The position numbers and the translations under genes are program-made. A stretch of 32,000 bases of DNA from Candidatus Nanohalobium constans (GTDB lineage: Archaea > Nanohalarchaeota > Nanosalinia > Nanosalinales > Nanosalinaceae). Below the pieces are notes generated by a model, which was not told the DNA's origin, did not search any database, and saw nothing but the letters and a program-made list of their open reading frames with translations. The DNA is taken from contig NZ_CP040089.1 of assembly GCF_009617975.1 (NCBI RefSeq), positions 1 to 32,000 on the forward strand, given 5' to 3'. Positions 22,863 through 32,000 of the stretch are shown one piece after another; positions within the stretch are counted from its first letter, which is position 1; each line of letters starts with the position of its first letter.

Positions 22863-23564
22863 ATGCCGGCTATAACCCTGGAAAACGTAGAAAAAATATA
22901 CCAGCTAGGTGAAACTGAAGTAAAAGCACTGCGAGGCTCAGATGCAGAAATAGAAGAAGGAGAATTCGTAGCCATTATGGGACCATCAGGCTCAGGTAAA
23001 TCCACGTTGATGAACATGATCGGCGCACTAGACATACCGACAACCGGAGAAGTCAACGTAGGCGGAGAACAAATAGGAGGCATGACAGAAGACGAACTAG
23101 CACTACTAAGAAGCCGGAAAATAGGCTTTGTATTCCAAGAGTTCAACTTAATCAACTCAATGAATGCCTGGCAGAACGTAGCCCTTCCAATGGTATTCAG
23201 AGGCAAAAGCAAAGCTGAGAGAAAAGAAAGAGCAATAAAACTCCTCGAAGATGTCGGACTCGGCGACAGAACCGAACACAGACCAAGCGAACTTTCCGGA
23301 GGACAAAGACAGAGAGTATCAATAGCTAGATCCCTAGCAAATGATCCAGACATACTTCTAGCCGACGAACCAACAGGAAACCTGGACACAGAAACCGGCG
23401 GCAAAATAATGGATCTGCTTACAGACCTTAACGACCGAGGCAAAACCATAATCATGGTTACACACGATCCAAACGACGCAGAGTACGCTGACAGAACAAT
23501 TCAAATAGTAGACGGTGTAACAGACCCGAAAAAAGAAACAAACCAAGAAGAACTCGAAAATTGA
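22863..23564 (+). CDS. ABC transporter ATP-binding protein (MacB/LolD-type)
   Basis: Walker A is GPSGSGKST, the signature motif is LSGGQRQRVSIARSL, Walker B is LLADEPTGNLD and the H-loop is VTHD. Confidence 0.95.
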   Translation: MPAITLENVEKIYQLGETEVKALRGSDAEIEEGEFVAIMGPSGSGKSTLMNMIGALDIPTTGEVNVGGEQIGGMTEDELALLRSRKIGFVFQEFNLINSMNAWQNVALPMVFRGKSKAERKERAIKLLEDVGLGDRTEHRPSELSGGQRQRVSIARSLANDPDILLADEPTGNLDTETGGKIMDLLTDLNDRGKTIIMVTHDPNDAEYADRTIQIVDGVTDPKKETNQEELEN

Positions 23565-23570
23565 TATAAT

Positions 23571-24764
23571 ATGAAACAACTAGCACTAATCACAACACTT
23601 CTGCTGTTCCTATCATTCACAGCAGCACAGACATCATCAAACATCCAAATAGACCTAAAGAAAACAGAACCAGTACCCCTACAGACATCAGAATATGCCG
23701 ACATATGGCTCGAAGTAACCAACGAAGGCACAGCCAACGCAGACAACATAGAACTCACTTTTGAAGAAAACTATCCTTTCTCAGTTGAGAGAGGAGATAA
23801 GACCAACTGGACGATCGGAGAGATTATTCCGGGTGAAGAATACCAACTACATCTTCAGACAAGAGTCGACAGAAACGCACTACAAGGAAACAACACACTG
23901 AAATTCCGGGTAGAGACAGGAGACATGTCATACACAAAGGAAGTTCCTGTGGAAGTACGAAGCGACAGAAACGTACTATCCATAGAGGAGGTAAACTTCC
24001 CTGACAAAGCAGCCCCAGGAACAAGACAACAGATGCAGCTAAAACTAAGAAATCTAGCTGACTCACAACTCAAAAACATTCAAACAGGTCTAGACCTGTC
24101 CGGCGACATCCCAATGGCAACATCAGGCGCATCCGACAAAAACCTGGTAAGCATAGAAGCAGGACAGACACAAACCATCAACTACACATTAAACATCGAT
24201 GAATCAGCTGAAAACTCTGTATACAAACTGCCAATAGACATCAGCTTCGAAAATGAAGCAGGAACAGAATTCGAACAATCAACAACCACAGGAATAAACG
24301 TTGGAGGAAAACCAGACCTCAAAGTAGCCCTAGACACAGAAGACTCACTGACAGAAGGCAGAAAAGAACTAAACTTCCGCCTAGTCAACAAGGGACACGG
24401 ATCAGCAGACTTCGTCTCCATGGAGCTGCAGGAAACCGACAACATAGAAGTAATCGGCAGTAACGACGAATACATCGGATCCATGGACTCTGACGACTTC
24501 CAAACAGCATCATTCCAGACACACATCGAAGCAGAAACTGAAAGCATCAACGTAGACCAGCTAGAACTTCCCGTAACTCTTGAATACAATGACCAAGACG
24601 GCAAACAAACAAGCACACAGAACATAGCAGCAGAATTCTACACAAAAGAAGAAGCCAAGAAATACGGCCTAACCTCAAGTGGAAGCCCACTACCACTAAT
24701 CATCGTAGCTGTCCTACTCATTGGAGGAGGAATCTACTACTGGAGAAGAAAAAGAAAGGAGTAA
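23571..24764 (+). CDS. Surface protein with three CARDB/COG1361-like beta-sandwich repeats and a C-terminal TM anchor
   Basis: The signal peptide is MKQLALITTLLLFLSFTAAQ. Three modules of about 110 aa are present (LEVTNEGTANADNIEL / LKLRNLADSQLKNIQ / FRLVNKGHGSADFVSM). The C-terminus is PLPLIIVAVLLIGGGIYYWRRKRKE. Confidence 0.8.
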   Translation: MKQLALITTLLLFLSFTAAQTSSNIQIDLKKTEPVPLQTSEYADIWLEVTNEGTANADNIELTFEENYPFSVERGDKTNWTIGEIIPGEEYQLHLQTRVDRNALQGNNTLKFRVETGDMSYTKEVPVEVRSDRNVLSIEEVNFPDKAAPGTRQQMQLKLRNLADSQLKNIQTGLDLSGDIPMATSGASDKNLVSIEAGQTQTINYTLNIDESAENSVYKLPIDISFENEAGTEFEQSTTTGINVGGKPDLKVALDTEDSLTEGRKELNFRLVNKGHGSADFVSMELQETDNIEVIGSNDEYIGSMDSDDFQTASFQTHIEAETESINVDQLELPVTLEYNDQDGKQTSTQNIAAEFYTKEEAKKYGLTSSGSPLPLIIVAVLLIGGGIYYWRRKRKE

Positions 24765-24771
24765 CCACCCC

Positions 24772-25980
24772 ATGTTCCTCGACTTCTTCAGACTCTCAAT
24801 AAACAATCTGCGCCACAGAAAACGGCGTTCATGGCTCACCATAATAGGAACACTCATAGGAATAATGGCAGTAGTCTCACTGATATCAATAGGACAAGGA
24901 CTAGAAAACTCAGTAGCCTCAGAACTAGAAGAACTGGGAGGCAACAAACTATTCATATCCTCATCAGGAGGAGTATCAGGAAGATTCGCAGAAACAACCT
25001 TCGGACTAAACGAAGACGACAAACAAGCAATCGAAAGAGTCAAAGAAATAAAAGGAGTCGCAGGCGGAATATCAGGAGGAATAGACGCCAAATACAGAAG
25101 AGACACCGAAAAAACCAGCCTAAGAGGAATCACAACAGGAAGAAACGCAGATATAGCAAAAGAAATATACGATATAGAAGTTGTCGAGGGGAGATACCTT
25201 GCCACAGGAGACACAAGCTCGGTAGTGATAGCAGAAGACGCAAAAAACGACATATTTGAAGATGAAATAATACTAAACTCAAAAATAGATATCAACGGAA
25301 CCGACTACAAAGTTGTAGGAGTGATAAGCACCTCTCAGACAGTAGGAAACTTCCAGGGGCTTGTAGGGCCACTTGAAGAAACCAGAGACGTTCTGAACAG
25401 ACCAGAAGGATACGACTTCGTGACAGCCGAAGTCTCAGACGGAGAAACAACATCAGAAGTAGCAGAAAAAGTCAGGAAAGAGCTGAGAAACGAAAGAGGA
25501 ATAGAAAAAGGAGAGGAAACCTTCCAGATAGAAACCGCACAAGACATAATAGACTCATTCAAAAACCAGCTAAGCATAATAAGAGCAGTTCTACTAGGCA
25601 TAGGAGCAATATCACTGCTTGTAGGAGGTGTTGGAATAATGAACACCATGTACACCTCCGTCTCCGAACGTGAAAGAGAAATAGGAGTAATGAAAGCAAT
25701 AGGAGCGACCAAAAAACAGATACTTGCACTATTCATGATCGAATCCGGAATGGTAGGAATGATAGGAGGACTCCTCGGCGCAACAGTAGGAATAGGTCTC
25801 AGCTACGTCGCAGCAGCTCTCATAAAATCCTCAGTCTCTCTGCCATTCCAGCCTTACGTTTCACCAGAACTCGTGTTCGGAGCCATATTTTTCTCATTCA
25901 TCGTCGGCATGATCTCCGGAGCACTGCCAGCGAGAAAAGCATCTAAGAAAGAACCTGTGGAGGCGTTGAGATCAGGATGA
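24772..25980 (+). CDS. ABC transporter permease, MacB/FtsX family (paralog 1)
   Basis: The N-terminus is FRLSINNLRHRKRRSWLTIIGTLIGIMAVV, followed by a large extracytoplasmic domain and a C-terminal FtsX 3-TM bundle. I prefer ATG 24772 over the TTG at 24721, which would overlap the upstream gene. Confidence 0.9.
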   Translation: MFLDFFRLSINNLRHRKRRSWLTIIGTLIGIMAVVSLISIGQGLENSVASELEELGGNKLFISSSGGVSGRFAETTFGLNEDDKQAIERVKEIKGVAGGISGGIDAKYRRDTEKTSLRGITTGRNADIAKEIYDIEVVEGRYLATGDTSSVVIAEDAKNDIFEDEIILNSKIDINGTDYKVVGVISTSQTVGNFQGLVGPLEETRDVLNRPEGYDFVTAEVSDGETTSEVAEKVRKELRNERGIEKGEETFQIETAQDIIDSFKNQLSIIRAVLLGIGAISLLVGGVGIMNTMYTSVSEREREIGVMKAIGATKKQILALFMIESGMVGMIGGLLGATVGIGLSYVAAALIKSSVSLPFQPYVSPELVFGAIFFSFIVGMISGALPARKASKKEPVEALRSG

Positions 25981-27179
25981 TAAGAGACCTGTTCTACATC
26001 GCCTACCGCAACATACGCCACAGAGGCAGAAGATCATGGCTCACAGTGATAGGAGTATTCATAGGCATCGCAGCCGTTGTATCACTAGTCTCACTAGGAC
26101 AAGGACTCCAGACATCAGTCGAACAAGAGTTCGAGCAGATCGGCAGCGACAAACTCTTCATAAACTCAGCAGGAAGCGCCACATCAACATCGGCTGAAAG
26201 GCTCGACAACGATGATCTGCGTACAGTCAGAAGAAGCCAATCAGTAGGTACGGCGGACGGAGTAATCTTCGCCACAACCACTTCAAAATACAATGACCGA
26301 CAGGAGTTTGTCACAGTGCTTGGAACGCCGACAGGAGAGTCTCAGGACCTAATCAAGGAAAGCTGGGCGTTGGAGATAGAAGAAGGACGAGAAATACAGT
26401 CAACCGACACATCCAGCATAGTCATAGGAAGCCAGGTCGCGGAAAGACTCTTTGGAGAAGAAATCAGCCTCAGAAACAGTCTAACAGTGAATGGGAAAAA
26501 ATTCAGGGTTGTCGGAATCTACAAATCTACAGGAGATCCCAGCATTGACCAGGCGGTAGTAATGCCATACCAAACCTCAGCAGACCTTGTAGACAGAGAT
26601 GGAGAAACCTATGACTGGGTTTTCGCCCAGATACAGGAAGGATTTGAATCCGATGAAGCCAAAAAAGAAGTAGAGAAAAACCTGAGAAATGAAAGAGGAG
26701 TAGACGAAGGAGAGGAAAGCTTCTCAGTCTCCACGCAGGAAGACCTTGTCTCATCATTCAACAGCATACTCTCAATAGTCAGAGGGGTAGTAATCGGAAT
26801 AGCCTCGATCTCCCTCCTAGTCGGTGCCGTCAACATCATGAACACGATGTACACCTCAGTAACACAGAGAACAAGCGAAATAGGAGTGATGAAAGCAATA
26901 GGAGCCACCAGAAAACAGATAATGACGCTGTTTATCTTTGAAGCAGGCATAATAGGAATGATAGGCGGCATACTTGGCGTAACAGTAGGCGCAACACTCT
27001 CAACAATAGCATCCTACGCAGCAACACAGGCAATCGAAATACAGATCAATCCATACCTAGGACCAGAACTACTGATCGGAGCTACAGCATTCTCGTTCAT
27101 TGTAGGAATACTATCTGGTGTCTTGCCAGCTAGGAGAGCAGCTAAGATGCCTCCTGCAGAAGCACTAAGATATGAATAA
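25977..27179 (+). CDS. ABC transporter permease, MacB/FtsX family (paralog 2)
   Basis: An ATGA overlap joins it to paralog 1. It has the same architecture (YRNIRHRGRRSWLTVIGVFIGIAAVV ... EIGVMKAIGATRKQI). Confidence 0.9.
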   Translation: MIRDLFYIAYRNIRHRGRRSWLTVIGVFIGIAAVVSLVSLGQGLQTSVEQEFEQIGSDKLFINSAGSATSTSAERLDNDDLRTVRRSQSVGTADGVIFATTTSKYNDRQEFVTVLGTPTGESQDLIKESWALEIEEGREIQSTDTSSIVIGSQVAERLFGEEISLRNSLTVNGKKFRVVGIYKSTGDPSIDQAVVMPYQTSADLVDRDGETYDWVFAQIQEGFESDEAKKEVEKNLRNERGVDEGEESFSVSTQEDLVSSFNSILSIVRGVVIGIASISLLVGAVNIMNTMYTSVTQRTSEIGVMKAIGATRKQIMTLFIFEAGIIGMIGGILGVTVGATLSTIASYAATQAIEIQINPYLGPELLIGATAFSFIVGILSGVLPARRAAKMPPAEALRYE

Positions 27180-27186
27180 AGAAAAG

Positions 27187-28674
27187 TTAGAGGTTGTAGA
27201 GCTCGCTGTACTTCTCCTCAATATATTCTAAGAATGGTTCTGCGGTGGGTTTCTGTCCTGTTGCTTCTTCTACAAGTTCTTCTGTTTTGAGCAGTCTTCC
27301 TTTTTTGTGGATGTTTTCTCTCAGCCAGTTTAGAATTGGTTCGAAGTTTCCGTTCTCTATCTTGTTTTCCGGTTTTTCTATGTCTTCTTCTATTTTTTCG
27401 TAGAGCTGTGCTGATATCACGCTTCCCAGTGTATAGGTTGAGAAGTATCCGAAGGATCCCCACGCCCAGTGAATGTCCTGCATCACCCCTTCGGAATCTG
27501 TCTCCGGAGTTATACCTAGATATTTTTCCATCTTCTGATCCCAGATTTCTGGAAGTTCTTCTACCTCTATATCTCCGTTTATGAGTTTTCTACCTATCTC
27601 GAATCTGATTATGATATGCATATGGTAGGTTAGTTCATCAGCCTCTACACGGATCAGATTGTCATCATAGACCTGATTGAGTGATTCGTAGCAATCCTCT
27701 ACGGAAGTATCACTGAATTCTTCCGGGAACTTCTCCTCCAGTTTTGGAAGCAGATACTTGGAGAATGCCTTTGATCTTCCTACATGGTTTTCCCAAAGTC
27801 TAGACTGTGATTCATGGATTGAAAGCTCTCTTGGCTGGCCTCTAGGTGTTCCATAGAACTTTTCAGGCACTCCAAGGTTGTACAGTGCATGCCCTGCTTC
27901 GTGTATAGTAGGCATCAAAGAACCCGTTATATCGTTATCTTTAGTCCTCGTCGTTATCCTTGTGTCATATGAGTTTCCAACAGTGAAGGGATGTGCAGAG
28001 AAGTCCAAACGCCCTTTCTCATCAGGGAAGCCTAGTTCCTGGGCTATCTCCTTGTTGAACCTCATTTCCTTATCTTCTTCAAAACTGCCTTTGAAAGCAT
28101 CAGTACATAGATCTGGGTTACTCTCCTGTATCTCATCGATTAAAGGGTTTAACTCTTCTTTTAGCTTCTGTAGAATTTTTTCCATCCTTTCGAAGCTGAG
28201 GTAAGGTTCGTAATCCTTGTACAGAACCTTGTATGGTTCCTCACCTTCGTTAAGTGCTGCAGCATATTCTCTTTTTAGTTCAACTAGCTCTCTCAGTTCT
28301 TCTGCAAAACTTTCGAAATCATCTTCCTCTCTGGCTTTTTTCCAGACATCTACACACTCTGATTCCTTCTGAGAGATCTTTTCTATCAGTTTTCCTGGAA
28401 CCTTCAACATCTTCTCTCTTTCACGCTTTAACTCTCGCATATTTGCCTTTTGATCTTCGTCAAGCTCATTCTCATCAATCGAATCGATTATCTCTCCTAA
28501 ATTATCTGATGTAAGTTTTTCATGTCTAACTTTTGACAAGGTGCTTTTCTGCCTTGAACGAGGCATTACGCCGTTCTCAGGCATCATCACTTCTTCATCC
28601 CAGTTCAAGAACTTTGATGCTTCTTCAAGATTTGTTAAAGTCTTAACCTCATCCTCGAAATCAGAGTAGCTCAT
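27187..28674 (-). CDS. Carboxypeptidase Taq-type metallopeptidase (M32)
   Basis: Motifs HPF, HEAGHALY (HExxH), HESQSRLWEN, IRVEADELTY and DIHWAWGSFGYFSTYTLG are present. Confidence 0.93.
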   Translation of the reverse strand: MSYSDFEDEVKTLTNLEEASKFLNWDEEVMMPENGVMPRSRQKSTLSKVRHEKLTSDNLGEIIDSIDENELDEDQKANMRELKREREKMLKVPGKLIEKISQKESECVDVWKKAREEDDFESFAEELRELVELKREYAAALNEGEEPYKVLYKDYEPYLSFERMEKILQKLKEELNPLIDEIQESNPDLCTDAFKGSFEEDKEMRFNKEIAQELGFPDEKGRLDFSAHPFTVGNSYDTRITTRTKDNDITGSLMPTIHEAGHALYNLGVPEKFYGTPRGQPRELSIHESQSRLWENHVGRSKAFSKYLLPKLEEKFPEEFSDTSVEDCYESLNQVYDDNLIRVEADELTYHMHIIIRFEIGRKLINGDIEVEELPEIWDQKMEKYLGITPETDSEGVMQDIHWAWGSFGYFSTYTLGSVISAQLYEKIEEDIEKPENKIENGNFEPILNWLRENIHKKGRLLKTEELVEEATGQKPTAEPFLEYIEEKYSELYNL

Positions 28675-28730
28675 AATACGGTATTTTGCTGGTAACAGAA
28701 ATAAAACTTACAATGAGTAATTAGCTAAAC

Positions 28731-29840
28731 ATGAACGAAGAGGAACTGGAGAAGTTCGCAGAAACTATAGTCGAAAGATCTACAAAGATAGAAGAAGGAG
28801 ATTATGTCTACTTGAGTACTTATTCGACTGAAACACTTCCGCTATTCGAAAAAGTAAGAAACAAAATCATAGAGAAAGGAGCATTTCCACACGAACATCT
28901 GCTCTATGATTCTCAGCTCGGGAGAGCAGGAATGGATTATGAATGGATAACCAAAGCCTCGGATAAACAGCTTTCAGAAGTATCAGGTGCTAAAAAGAAA
29001 GAACTTGAGCAGATGGATGCCTACATATGTATCACTGGCCGCGAAAACGAAAATGAGCTTAACGGAGCCGACCCGGAAAAAATCTCTTTAAGGAAACAGG
29101 AGACGAAAGAACTCGCTGAGATCAGGAGAGATATGAAGTGGTCCCTAGTAACTTATCCAACAAATGGGAAAGCACAGAAAGCAGGTATGCCGACACAGAA
29201 ATTTACAGAGTTCTTCTTCGATGCAGCCAACATAGACTGGGAAAAACTTGAACAAAAGAACGAAAAAATCAAACAAAAGTTTGATGGCGGACAAGAAGTT
29301 AGGATTACATCAGAAAACACTGATCTAAGGTTCAGCATCAAAGGAAGAAAGGGAGTTCCATGTAACGGTGAGAAGAACTTGCCTGACGGAGAAGTATTCT
29401 ACACACCAGTCAAAGAATCAGTTGAAGGCCACATCCAGTTCACATATCCTGGTAGAAAACAGGGAAACGAAGTCACAGAAGTCTATCTGGAACTGGAGGA
29501 TGGAAAGGTTGTTGAATTCAGCGCAGAGAAGAACGAAGACTTCCTGAGAGAACAGCTCAACACGGACGAAGGCGCCCGTTACTTCGGAGAGTTTGGAATA
29601 GGAACAAATTGGCAGATAGATCGATTTACCAATGAATTAGCTCTTGATGAAAAAATTGGAGGCACAATACACCTGGCTCTCGGAAGTGCTTTTCCACAGG
29701 CCGTTCCCGAAGAAGTAGAGCCAAATGATTCATCTATTCATTGGGATATAGTCAAAGACCTTAGGAAACAAGAAGGAGACGGAGGCAAAATAATCCTGGA
29801 TGATGAAGTAGTTCAAGAAGGTGGAGAGTGGCAGTTCTAA
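28731..29840 (+). CDS. Aminopeptidase T / AmpS-type (M29)
   Basis: The 369-aa product has the motifs LPDGEVFYTP, GEFGIGTN, IHLALG and IHWDIV, typical of thermophilic metalloaminopeptidases. Confidence 0.85.
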   Translation: MNEEELEKFAETIVERSTKIEEGDYVYLSTYSTETLPLFEKVRNKIIEKGAFPHEHLLYDSQLGRAGMDYEWITKASDKQLSEVSGAKKKELEQMDAYICITGRENENELNGADPEKISLRKQETKELAEIRRDMKWSLVTYPTNGKAQKAGMPTQKFTEFFFDAANIDWEKLEQKNEKIKQKFDGGQEVRITSENTDLRFSIKGRKGVPCNGEKNLPDGEVFYTPVKESVEGHIQFTYPGRKQGNEVTEVYLELEDGKVVEFSAEKNEDFLREQLNTDEGARYFGEFGIGTNWQIDRFTNELALDEKIGGTIHLALGSAFPQAVPEEVEPNDSSIHWDIVKDLRKQEGDGGKIILDDEVVQEGGEWQF

Positions 29841-31618
29841 CTGTTTAACCGTTCCGCCCTCTCTAAATACTCTTCGTACTTTCCAAGCGCTTTCTCAATT
29901 GGCTCAGGTGAACTCATGTCTGCGCCAGCCTTCCTCAATGACTCGATGCTGTACTCGCTACTCCCTGTCCTCAGGAAGTTCAGGTAGTCTTCAGGCCCTT
30001 CATCCACTATTTTCTCCGCCAATGTGTTTCCTGCGCTGATCCCGGTTGCGTACTGATAGACATAGTAGTTATAGTAGAAGTGCGGTATCCTCATCCACTC
30101 CTTCTTAATCCTGTCATCTAATTCCAGGTTTGAATAATATCTGGACTTTAATTCTCCGTATTTCTGATCAGCTTTATCTGGAGTGATCGCATCTCCTTTT
30201 TCAAGTTCTCTGTGTAGCCAATGCTCGAACTCAGAGAACATTGTCTGCCGGAACAGTGTACTTCGGAAGTTTTCCAATGCATGACTCAAAACATGCTTTC
30301 TGAACTCTTCATCTTCAACAGTATCGAGCAGATGCCTTGTTAATAGTGCTTCATTGGTTGTGGAGGCAACTTCTGCCTGGAAGATGGTGTAGTCGCTGTA
30401 GTGATATGGCTGGGAGCTGTTGGTGTGGTGGCTGTGCATTGAATGTCCTAGTTCGTGGATTAAAGTGTACATCGAGCTCATGTCGTTCTGATAGTTCATC
30501 AGGGTGAACGGCCGGGAGTCGTAGCTACCTCCAGAGTATGCGCCGCTTCTTTTACCTTTGTTCTCATACACATCTACCCATCTTTCGTCTCCCAAAGCCT
30601 CTCTAACCTTTTCGACATAATCTTTGCCTAGAGGCTGTAATGCTTCAAGCACATGATCTTTCGCTTCCTCAAAACTGATTTCAGGGCTTTCAGTCTCAGT
30701 TACAGGCATATAGAGGTCGTAAGGAGTCAATTCTTCAAGTCCAAGGACTTTTTTCTTGAGCTCCGCATGCCTGTGTAGAAGATCGAGGTTATCTCTAACT
30801 GTTTCAACCAGGTTATCGTAAACCTCTCCAGGGATATTATCAGGTTTCATGGCAGATTCTCTAGCTGAATCAAAGCCTCTGATCTCAGCCATCCGCACAT
30901 TCTTCCTTATATTTTTCTGCAGGGTCGTTGTAATAGTGTTTCTATAGTTTCCGAAGGTGTCGTACATCTTCTCGTATGTTTCCTTCCGGAAATCTCTATC
31001 AGGATTCTGTTGGAACTTGGTGAAGTTGCTGGTCGTTAACTCTACTTCTTCGCCTGATGGTTTCTCAACCTTTGGGAATGTCAGATCGGCATTGGTAAAG
31101 GTAGAATAAGTCTCGTGCGGACTGTCTAGCACATCTCCAAGCCCTGCCAGCATTGATTCTTTATCAGCATCCAAGATATGTTCTTCCATGCGGAAGAGGT
31201 CCTCAAAGTAATGTTCAAATCTTTCAAGGCTTTCTTCCTCTTCAATAAACTGTTCTATCTTTTGTTTGCCGGCTTCAGCTATCTCTGGTCGTATAAATCC
31301 TGTTTTATTACTGATATCGGTACTTAAGGCATTCATATTTGCGACAAGTCTTTGAGCATCTTGATTTCTAGTGTCTTGGTCTTTTAACATGCTGGCAAAC
31401 CTGCTTAGATGCATCATTCGCCTTGAGATATCAAACTTCAACTCCAGAACTGCCGCCAGATTCTTGGCTGAACTTGTGACTTTGCCCTCATATTCCTCCA
31501 ATTTGCTTGCTTCTTCCTTGAGCTCTTCTGCTTCTCTCTCTGCTTCCTCTATTGAGGAAAACATGCTTTTGATGTCCCATTTGTATCTTTCTTCTATCTC
31601 ATTTCTTTCTTTAACCAT
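29837..31618 (-). CDS. pepF: Oligoendopeptidase F (M3B)
   Basis: The 593-aa product has the HELGHSMH zinc motif and an overall PepF-like layout. Its stop overlaps the M29 gene stop (CTAA). Confidence 0.92.
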   Translation of the reverse strand: MVKERNEIEERYKWDIKSMFSSIEEAEREAEELKEEASKLEEYEGKVTSSAKNLAAVLELKFDISRRMMHLSRFASMLKDQDTRNQDAQRLVANMNALSTDISNKTGFIRPEIAEAGKQKIEQFIEEEESLERFEHYFEDLFRMEEHILDADKESMLAGLGDVLDSPHETYSTFTNADLTFPKVEKPSGEEVELTTSNFTKFQQNPDRDFRKETYEKMYDTFGNYRNTITTTLQKNIRKNVRMAEIRGFDSARESAMKPDNIPGEVYDNLVETVRDNLDLLHRHAELKKKVLGLEELTPYDLYMPVTETESPEISFEEAKDHVLEALQPLGKDYVEKVREALGDERWVDVYENKGKRSGAYSGGSYDSRPFTLMNYQNDMSSMYTLIHELGHSMHSHHTNSSQPYHYSDYTIFQAEVASTTNEALLTRHLLDTVEDEEFRKHVLSHALENFRSTLFRQTMFSEFEHWLHRELEKGDAITPDKADQKYGELKSRYYSNLELDDRIKKEWMRIPHFYYNYYVYQYATGISAGNTLAEKIVDEGPEDYLNFLRTGSSEYSIESLRKAGADMSSPEPIEKALGKYEEYLERAERLNS

Positions 31619-31630
31619 TGCTTGATCTCC

Positions 31631-32000
31631 TCAGAAGTACTCCTCGAAGTTAGAAAATGTTTTATCCAGGAATTCTACTGCTTCCTCGGCATCAGACATC
31701 TTCAACACTTCTATGGCAGTGTGTAGGTGCCTGGTTGGTATAACTACTACGCCTGTCGGTATGCCTGAGTTACTGGTGTTGATGTGTCCGGCGTTGGTTA
31801 CTCCTTTGTTGTAGAGCTTTCTGTGGTAGTTGAAATCGTCTTCTGCATTTTCTATCAGCCAGTTCCGTACCTTTTCCGGTGTTATCACTCCTCTGCCGCT
31901 TGCTTCTATCATGGTTATGCCGAATCCGTCTCCGGTAAATTCGTCGGATTCATCCAGATCCATGTTCGGTGTGTCGCCTGCTCTGGCTGTTTCCAGCACT
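31631..32000 (-). CDS. M42-family (TET/FrvX-like) aminopeptidase, C-terminal part; the gene continues beyond the window
   Basis: The C-terminal motifs NAGHINTSNSGIPTGVVVIPTRHLHTAIEVLKMSD match the M42 P.RY.HS..E pattern. The frame is open to the window edge. Confidence 0.8.
   Translation of the reverse strand, partial: VLETARAGDTPNMDLDESDEFTGDGFGITMIEASGRGVITPEKVRNWLIENAEDDFNYHRKLYNKGVTNAGHINTSNSGIPTGVVVIPTRHLHTAIEVLKMSDAEEAVEFLDKTFSNFEEYF

Noticed and set aside
22751-23455. 234-aa ORF antisense to the ABC ATPase gene
   Set aside because: The sense strand carries unambiguous Walker A, signature and Walker B motifs. The antisense product is S/P/L-rich, non-acidic and motif-free. Long antisense ORFs are a common artefact in purine-rich coding strands.
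24721-24771. TTG-initiated extension of the first FtsX permease overlapping the CARDB-like gene by 44 nt
   Set aside because: The extension (MEEESTTGEEKERSNHP) is the out-of-frame reading of the upstream C-terminal anchor region. ATG 24772 starts at the conserved FRLS..NL..RK.RS motif.
24714-26971. Minus-strand ORFs (193, 133, 103, 76 and 120 aa) inside the two FtsX permease genes
   Set aside because: They are antisense shadows of well-supported permease genes and have low-complexity S/I/P-rich translations.

Overview
This window is archaeal chromosomal DNA. It begins just inside a probable replication origin. ORB-like elements sit directly upstream of orc1/cdc6, followed by both PolD subunit genes on the same strand. 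Further housekeeping genes include an archaeal histone, an RPA-like ssDNA-binding protein, RadA, LigT/ThpR, a Sec11-type signal peptidase, glyoxalase I, a divergent ZIP transporter/NikR-like pair, a MacB-type ABC module with a CARDB-like surface protein, and four peptidase genes (M32, M29, M3B, M42). The predicted proteins are strongly acidic, genes are tightly packed with many 4-nt start/stop and stop/stop overlaps, and GC is moderate. From this I infer a small-genome, salt-in halophilic archaeon, possibly nanohaloarchaeal or another DPANN lineage; nothing here proves that. I found no rRNA, canonical tRNA, CRISPR array, transposase or integrase. The most unusual content is: (1) a co-directional four-gene block at 7297-10416 with three divergent paralogs of an uncharacterised protein and then a class III signal peptide (pilin-like) protein fused to an FGE/SUMF1-like domain that lacks the catalytic cysteine pair; (2) a roughly 110-nt patch of about 70% GC with CGN-Arg codons at the 3-prime end of that gene; (3) three perfect triloop palindromes after the block, sharing a half-site with a fourth palindrome inside it; (4) a roughly 1-kb non-coding island at 17.7-18.7 kb holding two dyad/direct repeat families and a probably frameshifted small ORF; (5) a secreted protein that is about 19% lysine, with six 14-residue repeats, in an otherwise acidic proteome; (6) a translationally coupled pair encoding a coiled-coil protein and a bitopic membrane protein. 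All functional calls rest on motif recognition by eye. No database searches were run.
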